Origin: a virus
Taxonomy: Duplodnaviria; Caudoviricetes
Strand: one strand, 5' to 3'
Virus record (IMG/VR): IMGVR_UViG_3300025357_000036
Coordinates: 1 to 31,738 of that record
Length of the DNA stretch: 31,738 nucleotides
This document shows, in pieces, positions 16,596-25,356 of the stretch; position 1 is the first letter of the stretch, and the number at the start of each line of letters is the position of its first letter. The position numbers were made by a program, and so were the translations under genes. The notes under the pieces are model-generated. The model saw nothing but the letters and a program-made list of their open reading frames with translations. It ran no database searches and was not told the DNA's origin.

Positions 16596-16760
16596 ATGAA
16601 GAACAGCGACCCCAAAAAATGCCCACATTGTCAGAAAACCGCTTTGCTTTATATTATAAAGGATTCAAAGCAAGAGCGAATCAATACAGCTTGCCCGTCA
16701 TGCTCTATGGTTCACGATGAATCAAAGGGGTGGGTATTTTATCCATTCTTAACCAAGTAA
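16596..16760 (+). CDS. small Zn-ribbon protein (54 aa)
   Basis: Manual translation MKNSDPKKCPHCQK..CPSCS; AC-rich leader. Confidence 0.6.
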   Translation: MKNSDPKKCPHCQKTALLYIIKDSKQERINTACPSCSMVHDESKGWVFYPFLTK

Positions 16761-16790
16761 CCAACATAACCAACACCAAAAGGAGATAAA

Positions 16791-17132
16791 ATGAACACCA
16801 AGCAAATCGAAAAAGAAGAGCATATTCAAAAGCTGAAAGAATGGTTTCCCAAGGGAAGCACCATATACACAATCCTTCGGCACGTTTCATCTTCTGGGAT
16901 GTCTCGTGACATTTCAGTCCTTGGAACATGGACGCATGATGACGGAAAGGTGGGATTCATACATCCCAACTATGCAGTTTCAAAGGTTCTCGGATGGACA
17001 TTGAAAACCAAGAATGGCTCGGATTGCGTCCGAGTTGGTGGCGGTGGGATGGATATGGGATTCCACCTTGCATATTCCCTGTCACAAGCAATCTATGGGG
17101 ACGGATATGCTCTCAATCATCAATGGCTCTAA
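16791..17132 (+). CDS. conserved phage hypothetical protein (VS.SGMSR / GGGMDMGF motifs)
   Basis: AGGAG RBS; motifs recur in uncharacterised phage proteins. Confidence 0.8.
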   Translation: MNTKQIEKEEHIQKLKEWFPKGSTIYTILRHVSSSGMSRDISVLGTWTHDDGKVGFIHPNYAVSKVLGWTLKTKNGSDCVRVGGGGMDMGFHLAYSLSQAIYGDGYALNHQWL

Positions 17133-17134
17133 TC

Positions 17135-17272
17135 ATGGAAACATTTAAAAAATCCGATTTAATAATGGAATGGAAAAGGGAAAAGCAATTAGAGACATTA
17201 TTCTATGCTTTCTGCACATTAGTTTTCCTTCTCTTTATCCTGACAATCCAAATTGTTTCAACCTTTAATTAA
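17135..17272 (+). CDS. small membrane protein
   Basis: 45 aa with a C-terminal hydrophobic helix. Confidence 0.5.
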   Translation: METFKKSDLIMEWKREKQLETLFYAFCTLVFLLFILTIQIVSTFN

Positions 17273-17303
17273 AACCACCGCCACCACCAACCACCGCCAC
17301 AAC

Positions 17304-17699
17304 ATGAACACAACAGGAATCGAAGAATATATCGAAAAAGCCACAGCAGAGGGTAAAAGAGCAGGAATCAACTCCGCATATTGGATCTGTCAGGATTCTT
17401 GGGGAGGGAGATCTGGGAGAGATGCAAAGGAGATTGCAGAATCAGTCATAAAACGAATTGATGATGGAGATCCTGCAATTTATGATGCTTATGAACTCCC
17501 GAACCTTTCTGGAGAATGGGGAGGGGATTTGACACCTTCTGATCTATTTTGGATCTGTTGCAGGTTTGAATATGATCCTGACATCATGGAACACCAATTC
17601 ATGCTTGATGAGATTTGCACAGCATGGGAAACCGCCGTTTCAGAGCATTTCTTTGAAACCATCTATGCGGATGCAAAATCCTTCCTTTTTAATAAATAG
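17304..17699 (+). CDS. acidic hypothetical protein
   Basis: ATG after an AC-rich leader; D/E-rich. Confidence 0.75.
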   Translation: MNTTGIEEYIEKATAEGKRAGINSAYWICQDSWGGRSGRDAKEIAESVIKRIDDGDPAIYDAYELPNLSGEWGGDLTPSDLFWICCRFEYDPDIMEHQFMLDEICTAWETAVSEHFFETIYADAKSFLFNK

Positions 17700-17703
17700 C
17701 ACC

Positions 17704-17931
17704 ATGACCACCGCCACCAAGGAAACCGCCGTTTGCGGTCATTGTGGAGCGATTAGACGCAACCACAGAGGAATAGATGCATTCTGTCCCGATCAATATG
17801 CAACAACCTTTTGGGAAGCACCCGAAAACATAGGCGAAAAAATCCTCTTCATGGAGGACACCATAAACCGCCTATGCGAAGAAGTAGAAAAACTGAAAAC
17901 CATAACAACTAAAGAAACCGCCACAACATGA
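17704..17931 (+). CDS. hypothetical protein (CxxC..H..C)
   Basis: ATG 17704; bounded by KETA-encoding repeats. Confidence 0.6.
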   Translation: MTTATKETAVCGHCGAIRRNHRGIDAFCPDQYATTFWEAPENIGEKILFMEDTINRLCEEVEKLKTITTKETATT

Positions 17932-18077
17932 CATCCCAAGATATAAAACAGATCATCTTCCTTTTGGAAGGTGATCTGCAACGTAACAAACAAGCACAGG
18001 AAGATTTGATTAAAGAAATATCTGATCTCAAATACCTCTGTGAAAAAGCAGAAAAAGCAGAACTAACAAGCCAATAA
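17928..18077 (+). CDS. small coiled-coil protein (49 aa)
   Basis: Manual translation MTSQDIKQIIFLLEGDL..; ATGA overlap. Confidence 0.55.
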   Translation: MTSQDIKQIIFLLEGDLQRNKQAQEDLIKEISDLKYLCEKAEKAELTSQ

Positions 18078-18117
18078 AACCGCCACCAAACAACAACAAA
18101 ACAAAGGAGATAAAAAG

Positions 18118-18387
18118 ATGAAAACAACACAAGTTGAGTATTCAATATCAGTATTTTCAGAAGATAGTCATGCACGTCCCACTATCTTATCTGCAAAAAG
18201 TTACCAAGATGCAGTCGATTTGATAAGGAAAAGAGTGGAGATCGGGAATGGTCAGCAAATTGAAAATTCACAAACATTTCAATTTCAAAGTTCAGATGGA
18301 ACGATTTTATATCATCAGTCTTTTGAGATATGGGAGAAAGAAATTGTGACAGAGATTAGAAGCACAGAAATTGGTTTTCACATTTAA
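18118..18387 (+). CDS. hypothetical protein
   Basis: AGGAG RBS. Confidence 0.7.
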   Translation: MKTTQVEYSISVFSEDSHARPTILSAKSYQDAVDLIRKRVEIGNGQQIENSQTFQFQSSDGTILYHQSFEIWEKEIVTEIRSTEIGFHI

Positions 18388-18417
18388 TCAACCAACAGGA
18401 GATAATATAAAATAGCC

Positions 18418-18639
18418 ATGACACAAAACACCGCCGCAACAACATTTGACCCGTCACAACCTTGGGAGGATCAACTTGTTTGTATCTCTTTAGAAAGATG
18501 CCTAGAGGATAGAAAAACATGGATTAAAATCCACCGAAAGCAAATTGCTGAAGGAAGGGACAAGCAATTTGACCTTGAAGATGAATTGGAAATTTTCAAC
18601 GCATTAACGCTTGTTCTTTACTATTACAAAGGAAGATAA
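18418..18639 (+). CDS. hypothetical protein
   Basis: 73 aa in the same-strand array. Confidence 0.65.
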   Translation: MTQNTAATTFDPSQPWEDQLVCISLERCLEDRKTWIKIHRKQIAEGRDKQFDLEDELEIFNALTLVLYYYKGR

Positions 18640-18757
18640 AGCTCAATAACACCCAAAATAACGCTTAATAACACTCATGAAAGAAAGCACCGCCGCAATT
18701 ACACTCACCATAGATCGTCATCTTGATGCGATCTTTAACCTAAACTGAAAAGCAACC

Positions 18758-18952
18758 ATGAAAGTAGAATACACTTGTAAAAATGAGGAATGTCAACATG
18801 AGTTCAAAGTTGACTATGCCTCCGCCGACCAATGGGGAGGTGGAGAAATAACGCCAGATGTCTGTGAAAAATGCGGGGAGGAAATTGACTTTGAAGAAGT
18901 CGAAAACGATGCACTTCCTGATCCTGACGATTATCAAGAATTTGACAGATGA
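18758..18952 (+). CDS. acidic Zn-ribbon protein
   Basis: CKNEEC..CEKC; very acidic. Confidence 0.7.
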   Translation: MKVEYTCKNEECQHEFKVDYASADQWGGGEITPDVCEKCGEEIDFEEVENDALPDPDDYQEFDR

Positions 18953-19127
18953 AATTTATATCCCTTCACAAATACCTGGCCCACGATTCAGTAGGCCACA
19001 AGGAGATGGTTTGCTGGTATAGTTTCTTAAAGCAACTGAAACGCAACGGACACTTGGAAACAAGGCCAAAGTTTTTTAGAAAATATCCTTGCAAGCCATA
19101 CCAACCGAGGCAATCATGACCTGTTCT

Positions 19128-19316
19128 ATGACAACTGAAACTCCAACCTACATCGCAAAAACGCCTGTCCCAGAGAAGGAAAACACCCATGCTTTCTTGG
19201 GTCTTTACTTCCCGAAGGATCTCAAGGCTAAAGTACAAACCGCCGCAAAACAGGAACGCCGATCCATGAGCCAGTATATGGTAATGGTCGTCGAAAAACA
19301 CTTTGCCAACGCATGA
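19128..19316 (+). CDS. Arc/CopG-like ribbon-helix-helix regulator
   Basis: FLGLYFPKDLKAKVQTAAKQERRSMSQY is a classic RHH pattern; putative promoter TTGCAA-N17-AATCAT at 19089-19117. Confidence 0.8.
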   Translation: MTTETPTYIAKTPVPEKENTHAFLGLYFPKDLKAKVQTAAKQERRSMSQYMVMVVEKHFANA

Positions 19317-19462
19317 AACCCAAAGGTCTTTACGCAAACGTCCACGCAAAGCAGAAACGTATCGCCGCAGGTAGTGGCGAACACATGAAAAAAGCAGGAG
19401 AGAAAGGTCGTCCAACCGCCGCCGCTTTCCGTAAATCAGTGAAAACCGCTAAAAAGAAATAA
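19313..19462 (+). CDS. small basic phage protein (GLYANVHAK..RIAAGSGE family)
   Basis: Manual translation, 49 aa; motif recurs in aquatic phages. Confidence 0.75.
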   Translation: MKPKGLYANVHAKQKRIAAGSGEHMKKAGEKGRPTAAAFRKSVKTAKKK

Positions 19463-19463
19463 T

Positions 19464-19724
19464 ATGTCTGAAGCATGGACTAGAAAAGAGGGGAAGAATC
19501 CATCTGGAGGGCTTAATGCCAAAGGCCGAGCTTCCTATAACAAGGCTCATGGAGGTCATCTAAAGCCTCCTGCACCATCACCCAAGACCAAAGCAGATGC
19601 AGGACGTAAAGCCTCATTCTGTGCCAGAATGAAAGGGATGAAGGCCAAGATGACAGGGGAAGCCAAAAAGAAAGATCCAAACTCTCGCATCAACAAGTCC
19701 TTGAGGGCTTGGGGATGCAAGTAA
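19464..19724 (+). CDS. basic phage protein, DUF6321-like
   Basis: AWTRKEGKNPSGGLNAKGRASY..SFCARM..NSRINKSLRAWGC. Confidence 0.75.
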   Translation: MSEAWTRKEGKNPSGGLNAKGRASYNKAHGGHLKPPAPSPKTKADAGRKASFCARMKGMKAKMTGEAKKKDPNSRINKSLRAWGCK

Positions 19725-19746
19725 CCAACAACAAACAACCCATAAT

Positions 19747-19944
19747 ATGCCAAACCTAGCCACCCTAAACCAAACCGCACAGGAAATCGCCAATGCCCTT
19801 GGAACGATTGATCTCGACCTTCTCCAGAAGGTTCACGATCTAGTTACAGGCACGACTACCTGCACTAACACCTGCACCGCTGACACGCTTGCTGGTGATA
19901 CTCTTGCCGCTGTCATTACTGATACCCTTACGGCTGTCTCCTAA
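19747..19944 (+). CDS. hypothetical protein
   Basis: 65 aa, T/A/L-rich. Confidence 0.6.
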   Translation: MPNLATLNQTAQEIANALGTIDLDLLQKVHDLVTGTTTCTNTCTADTLAGDTLAAVITDTLTAVS

Positions 19945-20027
19945 TGCTTACGGAATTAAAGAATTTGATCCGCAACAAACTGCAATCAAAACCCAACCTG
20001 AATCATACCCTAATCAATACAACCCAG

Positions 20028-20150
20028 ATGAAAAAAGAAACCGCTAAAAAGGTAAAGATGGAAGCCAAAGGTATGCCTATGAAAAAGGGCATGAAAAAGA
20101 TGGAAACCAAGAAGTCGATGCCCAAGAAGGGCATGAAGAAAGGATACTAA
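20028..20150 (+). CDS. K/M-rich small basic protein
   Basis: MKKETAKKVKMEAKGMPMKKGMKK..; alternative in-frame start at 19944. Confidence 0.6.
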   Translation: MKKETAKKVKMEAKGMPMKKGMKKMETKKSMPKKGMKKGY

Positions 20151-20157
20151 AACAAAT

Positions 20158-20192
20158 GGGCTAGGGAGCCTCGACAACTCCCTAGCCCTTTT
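20158..20192 (+). terminator. intrinsic terminator
   Basis: GGGCTAGGGAG-N9-CTCCCTAGCCC-TTTT. Confidence 0.8.
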
Positions 20193-20224
20193 ATGAGTTC
20201 AGCAACCACGCATAAACCAATTAC

Positions 20225-21037
20225 ATGAATAATACATTAGCAAGCACAAGTCAATACTCTCCAATATCAGTTAGCGATATTGAGAAGATGGCAGGAGCCA
20301 TCACTCGTAGCGGACTCTTTGGAATCCGCAGTCAAGAACAAGCCGTAGCACTCATGCTGATCGCCCAGGCAGAAGGAAAGCACCCTGCTTCGGTGGCCGC
20401 TGAGTATGACATTATCCAGAACCGACCTGCATTAAAGAGCCACGCCGCATTAGCAAGGTTCCAATCAGCAGGAGGAAAGATCCAATGGACAAGCAGGACT
20501 GATGACAAAGCATCTGCCAAGTTCTTGCATCCAGCAGGAGGAGAGGTTGAGATCACTTGGACTATGGACAGGGCTAAAGCCGCTGGTCTAACTGGAAAGC
20601 AGAACTGGAAGACCTATCCTGCACAGATGCTCTCTTGCAGGGTAGTGGCAGAGGGGGTCAGAGCAGTCTATCCAGCTTGCCTCAATGGAACCTATCTGGT
20701 CGAGGAGGTGCAGGATTTTGATACCAAGCCGCTTCGTATCGAGAAGCCTGTAATCGCCGTCGAACAGGAACCACAGGTCATCACCGCCGAGGTTGTGGAA
20801 GATGAACCAGAGAGCCTTCCAGAGCCTCCAGAGGAGCTTCCTAGCACTCCTCTCACCATGCTTCAGAGCTTAATGTGGAGCGACGATATTAATGACGATC
20901 ATGTTATCCACTTCCTGATTGCAAATAAGATGCCTAATGTTACAAAGCAAACAAAGCTAAAGTCACTTGATGACAAGGTAATTAATCGCCTTATAGCAGT
21001 TTGGGATAAGGTAAAGGTATTCAAGCCCATCCTTTAA
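20225..21037 (+). CDS. RecT/Red-beta-like single-strand annealing protein
   Basis: WTMDRAKAAGL..NWKTYPAQML..R..YP..G.Y..EE motif series. Confidence 0.8.
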   Translation: MNNTLASTSQYSPISVSDIEKMAGAITRSGLFGIRSQEQAVALMLIAQAEGKHPASVAAEYDIIQNRPALKSHAALARFQSAGGKIQWTSRTDDKASAKFLHPAGGEVEITWTMDRAKAAGLTGKQNWKTYPAQMLSCRVVAEGVRAVYPACLNGTYLVEEVQDFDTKPLRIEKPVIAVEQEPQVITAEVVEDEPESLPEPPEELPSTPLTMLQSLMWSDDINDDHVIHFLIANKMPNVTKQTKLKSLDDKVINRLIAVWDKVKVFKPIL

Positions 21038-21038
21038 T

Positions 21039-21221
21039 ATGAGCGAAAAAGATAAACAATTTGACGAGCTTTTTAGTCTTTGTTGCCAAATGGCAAATGT
21101 ATTAGAAGAATGCAGTCTATTCATAAAAGGGGGACATCCAACACTTCCCTATTTGGCAGATGATTTAGTTGTAAAGTTTGATTCACTATATGATGAAATA
21201 GAAGGAGACAAATCCATATGA
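21039..21221 (+). CDS. hypothetical protein
   Basis: 60 aa, coupled to neighbours. Confidence 0.6.
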   Translation: MSEKDKQFDELFSLCCQMANVLEECSLFIKGGHPTLPYLADDLVVKFDSLYDEIEGDKSI

Positions 21222-21406
21222 GCAACGAACGCAAAGAAACTACTATTAAAGATGATTTAATGGATAAATGGCATATGCGAAAACTTAACGATGATCAATT
21301 TTGGTTTTTGAAAACAAAAAATGGAACATATTGCAGATTAGAACCATGCAAAGAATGTTTTGATAAAGGCGTAGCATCATGCACCCAACATTCGCCATTA
21401 ATATGA
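21218..21406 (+). CDS. hypothetical protein
   Basis: GGAG RBS; Cys-rich C-terminus. Confidence 0.6.
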   Translation: MSNERKETTIKDDLMDKWHMRKLNDDQFWFLKTKNGTYCRLEPCKECFDKGVASCTQHSPLI

Positions 21407-21711
21407 ACGACGAATCAAAACCAAAATCCATGACAAGAAGGCCAGAAGTCGGGATAAACGACGAATGCGCTGATATAGCTAGTCGTGCGTTTCAACAACA
21501 CAGAATGGAAGACCCATTCTTTGTTCGCCATTGGGTTTTTGAAAATGCTGTTGCAGAGGCTTATCAACTAGGAGTTACAAAGCAAAAACAAAGAGCAGTT
21601 AAAAAAAAGGAAATATCATCTTTTCTTTATCAAGCCAGCAAAAATCATATCCGTGAACTTACAGATGCGGATGTTCAAAAACATGGAATAAACATAACTG
21701 TAAACCTATGA
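21403..21711 (+). CDS. hypothetical protein
   Basis: ATGA overlaps at both ends. Confidence 0.6.
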   Translation: MNDESKPKSMTRRPEVGINDECADIASRAFQQHRMEDPFFVRHWVFENAVAEAYQLGVTKQKQRAVKKKEISSFLYQASKNHIRELTDADVQKHGINITVNL

Positions 21712-21902
21712 TTAAAATAGATAAAAATATTACCATTCCTGATAAAAGAAAGAAATATCCTTGGGATACTATGGAAATAGGTGATTCTTTTTACACAAAT
21801 TCAAACGTTAGAATGCTTACACACACAAGATCAAAAGTTTATGGACACAAGTATTCAGTTAGAAAAGAAGAAAATGGATTTAGAGTTTGGAGGGTTGCAT
21901 AA
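21708..21902 (+). CDS. conserved small phage protein (KYPW..MEIGDSF..RVWR)
   Basis: Recognisable motif of a widespread small phage protein family. Confidence 0.75.
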   Translation: MIKIDKNITIPDKRKKYPWDTMEIGDSFYTNSNVRMLTHTRSKVYGHKYSVRKEENGFRVWRVA

Positions 21903-21903
21903 A

Positions 21904-22977
21904 ATGACTGACGAACGCAAAGGCAAACCATCAGCAAGCGGATTCTCCCGCCTCTCGCTTTGCCCTGGTAGCTGGAACCTAGAGTCCACGCTTCCAGAGC
22001 AGGATCCTAACCAGTATATGCAGCTAGGAACGGATGTTCATGCCGTCCTAGCAGATCAGAAACCTTTTGAGGAACTATCTGAGGAGGGACAGGACATTGC
22101 TACCCGATGCCTGTCAGCTTTCTCTGACATGATCCGTCAGCTTGATCTTGGAGCCATAACGTCCAGCGTCATAGAGAAGCGATTCTGGTTTGGTGAACTC
22201 TTTAGTGGAGCCATCGACCGCATCGACTTCTTTGGTGACGATTTTGCAGTAGTCACCGACTACAAGACAGGGCGCACAGCACAGGGTAAAGCCGCCGAGA
22301 ATCAGCAACTCAAGGCTTATGCAGTTCTGGTTAAAGACTTTTATCCAGACCTCAAGAAGATCCTTGTGGCAGTAATCCAGCCCCTTGCAGGAGGCACAAC
22401 GATTGCCGAATACGACGAGCAGGATCTAGCCGCCGCCGAGCAAGAAATCATTGGCATAGTCAATGCTTCACTAAATCCCGATGCTCCTAGAACTCCTTCT
22501 CCAGATGCTTGCAAATGGTGTCGTGCTAAAAGCATATGCCCAGATGTTTATGGCAATGCTCAAGCCGCAACAACAACCCTACAAGTAGCCTCTAGCGTTG
22601 CCGTAGCAACTCTAACCAATGAGGAATTGGCCTCTCTGGATGCCAAGGCACTCATCGTCGAGGATTTCATCGACGAGATCCGAAAGGAACTCAAGGCTAG
22701 GCTCGTATCAGGGGCACAAATTGCTGGATATAGTCTAGGCAAAGGTCGTACAACTAGGAATGTCACAGATACCAATGCCGCTATACTTGCGTTGTCTGGT
22801 GTTCTTGAACAATCTGATATTCTTGCTTGTGCAAAGCTGTCTGTCTCTTCACTTGAGAAGGCATTCGCAAAGGCCAAAGGAATCAAGCAGAAGGATGCCA
22901 AGTCCGCACTTGATGATGCACTTGGATGGATCGTCGAAACCAAGGAATCAGAGCCTTCCATCTCCCGTGATCGCTGA
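21904..22977 (+). CDS. PD-(D/E)XK exonuclease, Cas4-like / DUF2800 type
   Basis: SAS..CPGS, GT.VH, G.ID..DYKTG, QL..YA, C.WC....CP; start at ATG 21904. Confidence 0.85.
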   Translation: MTDERKGKPSASGFSRLSLCPGSWNLESTLPEQDPNQYMQLGTDVHAVLADQKPFEELSEEGQDIATRCLSAFSDMIRQLDLGAITSSVIEKRFWFGELFSGAIDRIDFFGDDFAVVTDYKTGRTAQGKAAENQQLKAYAVLVKDFYPDLKKILVAVIQPLAGGTTIAEYDEQDLAAAEQEIIGIVNASLNPDAPRTPSPDACKWCRAKSICPDVYGNAQAATTTLQVASSVAVATLTNEELASLDAKALIVEDFIDEIRKELKARLVSGAQIAGYSLGKGRTTRNVTDTNAAILALSGVLEQSDILACAKLSVSSLEKAFAKAKGIKQKDAKSALDDALGWIVETKESEPSISRDR

Positions 22978-23179
22978 TGAATACCCAGAAGACGCAAGAG
23001 CACTATGGATTAAGTTCAAAGGTCGTGAGTGGATCGTTATGCACCATAGCAATCACTTTACTGCTTTCCCTGGCGATAACCGCAATGTCACGCCGCAACA
23101 ATTACAAAACCTTTTCAGTTATTTGAAGTCAGAGGGATTCATTTCCGAAGACGACAAACCCACACAAAACATACCATGA
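22967..23179 (+). CDS. hypothetical protein
   Basis: Probable GTG start overlapping the end of the nuclease gene. Confidence 0.55.
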   Translation: MIADEYPEDARALWIKFKGREWIVMHHSNHFTAFPGDNRNVTPQQLQNLFSYLKSEGFISEDDKPTQNIP

Positions 23180-23520
23180 TAACCATAAGCATAGACACCA
23201 GCAAAATCGACAAGTCACTCCTCAAGGAAGTCACCAAGAGGGATGGAACCACAACCAAGTACCTCAACATCGTCTGCTTCCCGAATAGGGACGGCAAAGA
23301 TCAAAATAATAACGATGGGATTGTTAAGCATTCCCTGACCATGGAGCAGAGAGAGTCAGGAGTGCAGTCACCTATTATCGGCAACTACAAAGAAAAGAAT
23401 AGCGGAGGATCTCCTAGCTTTGTGGAGAAAATTAAGCCAGCACCAGCATTTCAGAATCGCCCCAAGCCCCAAGCTCAAGTATGGGATGGTGCTGATGACG
23501 ATTCAGAAATCCCTTTCTAA
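23176..23520 (+). CDS. single-stranded DNA-binding protein (putative)
   Basis: Acidic C-terminal tail DDDSEIPF; located in the recombination module. Confidence 0.7.
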   Translation: MITISIDTSKIDKSLLKEVTKRDGTTTKYLNIVCFPNRDGKDQNNNDGIVKHSLTMEQRESGVQSPIIGNYKEKNSGGSPSFVEKIKPAPAFQNRPKPQAQVWDGADDDSEIPF

Positions 23521-23538
23521 ACCATTACAGCAACCACA

Positions 23539-23763
23539 ATGGCAACCACCAAAAAATCAACTATCGGCACTCGCATTCTAGCACTTGAAGCAGGGTTGGA
23601 CTTCCAGAATAGGGAGTCCAAGCACCTCATTGAAGTAACTAGAAAGAATCACATGGAATACCTATATGCCCTAGAGGAGATCCAGAATCTAAAGAAGGTC
23701 ATTGCTGTCCTAGCATTGGTCGATCTAGCCCTTTGCGTAGTTCTCGTAATCAAACTCTGGTAA
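23539..23763 (+). CDS. coiled-coil protein with C-terminal TM helix
   Basis: 74 aa, hydrophobic C-terminus. Confidence 0.6.
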   Translation: MATTKKSTIGTRILALEAGLDFQNRESKHLIEVTRKNHMEYLYALEEIQNLKKVIAVLALVDLALCVVLVIKLW

Positions 23764-23996
23764 TGAGAAAAATTGACCTCATGGCTTACTGCAATTGTGC
23801 AGAGATCCTAGATAAGTCTGGAAAGGAATACCCAAGGATACCTGTTTGGCATAATTGCGACTACATCAAGAAGCGTAACAAGCTAATCCCTCAAGCCTTG
23901 GCTTACGCCGAGGCTAACACAACCAATCCGTATCAGTTCACACAAGCATTCAGCAACAAGATGGATGCACTAGCCAAGGAAGCAAAACTCGTATGA
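23763..23996 (+). CDS. hypothetical protein
   Basis: TAATG coupling. Confidence 0.65.
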   Translation: MRKIDLMAYCNCAEILDKSGKEYPRIPVWHNCDYIKKRNKLIPQALAYAEANTTNPYQFTQAFSNKMDALAKEAKLV

Positions 23997-24190
23997 ATGA
24001 ATTTTCTGAAGAGGCCGAAGCCTATTGGAAAGGTGAACACGTCAGGTATCTGACGACTAATAACAAGGTTCCTTCCGTTGAGGATCGGGTCAAAGCGGCA
24101 TTCGATGCTGGCGTGAACTCAATCTTTCAACACAACTTTGAACTCTACGCTAACAAGGACATCAACTTTCCTAAAGAGCATGAACTCTGA
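23993..24190 (+). CDS. hypothetical protein
   Basis: 65 aa, overlapping neighbours. Confidence 0.6.
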   Translation: MNEFSEEAEAYWKGEHVRYLTTNNKVPSVEDRVKAAFDAGVNSIFQHNFELYANKDINFPKEHEL

Positions 24191-24491
24191 TCTAGGAGAC
24201 TTGTTTGATTGGGTGACTACAAAGATCACCAATGTCAGGCAAACATCCAAGGAAGTTTATGCAGACTTGAAAGAAGAAGGAACCCTTGGAAAACAGGAGG
24301 AAACTATTCTTTCTGTGATGAAGGCAGAATGGAATTACTCGCTTCAAGAGATCAGCCAACTTACAGGGATTGCTATAAATGCTGTTTCTGGTCGAGTGAA
24401 CGGACTCAAGAAGAAAGGATGGCTTGTGGAATGTGAAAAGCGTCCCTGCTCTGTCACGGGCAAGAACATAACCCCTGTGCTGAAGTTATGA
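24180..24491 (+). CDS. winged helix-turn-helix protein
   Basis: SLQEISQLTGIAINAVSGRVNGLKKKGWL..C.VTG. Confidence 0.8.
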   Translation: MNSDLGDLFDWVTTKITNVRQTSKEVYADLKEEGTLGKQEETILSVMKAEWNYSLQEISQLTGIAINAVSGRVNGLKKKGWLVECEKRPCSVTGKNITPVLKL

Positions 24492-24529
24492 ACATCGAAA
24501 TTTTGTAACCGATCATAAACAATATACTA

Positions 24530-25069
24530 ATGACAACGAGCAATGACAACGAGGTCGCAAGGCTCCGAAAATATGTTGAGCTAATTGAAATCTTTTCCCC
24601 AGAAAACGAGTGGAGTCTCCCACAATGGAGGAGGCTTATCGGAAGCAAGGAAGAGAATGAAGATCCAGAGACTTTGTTTAATCTCTATCAGTTCCGAATC
24701 TTCACCGAGCCAAAGGAAACCATAACGGAAAAAGACACCAAAGTTTCCGTCAATGAATTCGCTCAAGAAAACGAAGTAGAGAGGCTTAAAGAAATGGTCA
24801 TGGAGGCCGCAAGGCGTGGCGACGAAATGGTTACGCAAGCAAGAAAAGCTCACTTTGAAACCTGCAAAAATGCACAATCTGCGATTGAAAAGCTCCACAC
24901 GGAAAACATCTGCCTACAAGAACTCATCCAAGAGTTTTACGAGTGGTCACGCCGAGATTACCCGACCGAGGCCGAAGTAAGAGAGATCATGGATCGCTAC
25001 TACGATCTACTCAACAAGGGCTTACCTCCAAACAATAAGAATTCACACTCCACATTCAATAACAAATGA
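24530..25069 (+). CDS. mosaic hypothetical protein (NEVARL modules)
   Basis: Two NEV.RL motifs plus ARKAH.ET. Confidence 0.65.
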   Translation: MTTSNDNEVARLRKYVELIEIFSPENEWSLPQWRRLIGSKEENEDPETLFNLYQFRIFTEPKETITEKDTKVSVNEFAQENEVERLKEMVMEAARRGDEMVTQARKAHFETCKNAQSAIEKLHTENICLQELIQEFYEWSRRDYPTEAEVREIMDRYYDLLNKGLPPNNKNSHSTFNNK

Positions 25070-25356
25070 CTACCTCCACCACATCAACGCCGAGGACGAA
25101 TCAAGCGAGACATACCGCATTCAACGGTCAAAAAACCGATTATGACGCTTATGTGCATATGGCGAACCATGCAGAAACGCTAGAACGCGAACTCGCCGAG
25201 AAAACCAACGAGGTCGCAAGGCTCAGGCAGTTTCTAGAAACAGCAATAGAAATTGCAGAGTTTCTTGTAGAAGGATATGAGCCACTAAATGATGGTGAAG
25301 AAATTAGACTAATTAAAAGTGTAGAAGAATTAGACAAGCTAAAAAATAAATTATGA
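25066..25356 (+). CDS. mosaic hypothetical protein
   Basis: TPRT..LERELAEKTNEVARL..AIEIA. Confidence 0.7.
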   Translation: MTTSTTSTPRTNQARHTAFNGQKTDYDAYVHMANHAETLERELAEKTNEVARLRQFLETAIEIAEFLVEGYEPLNDGEEIRLIKSVEELDKLKNKL

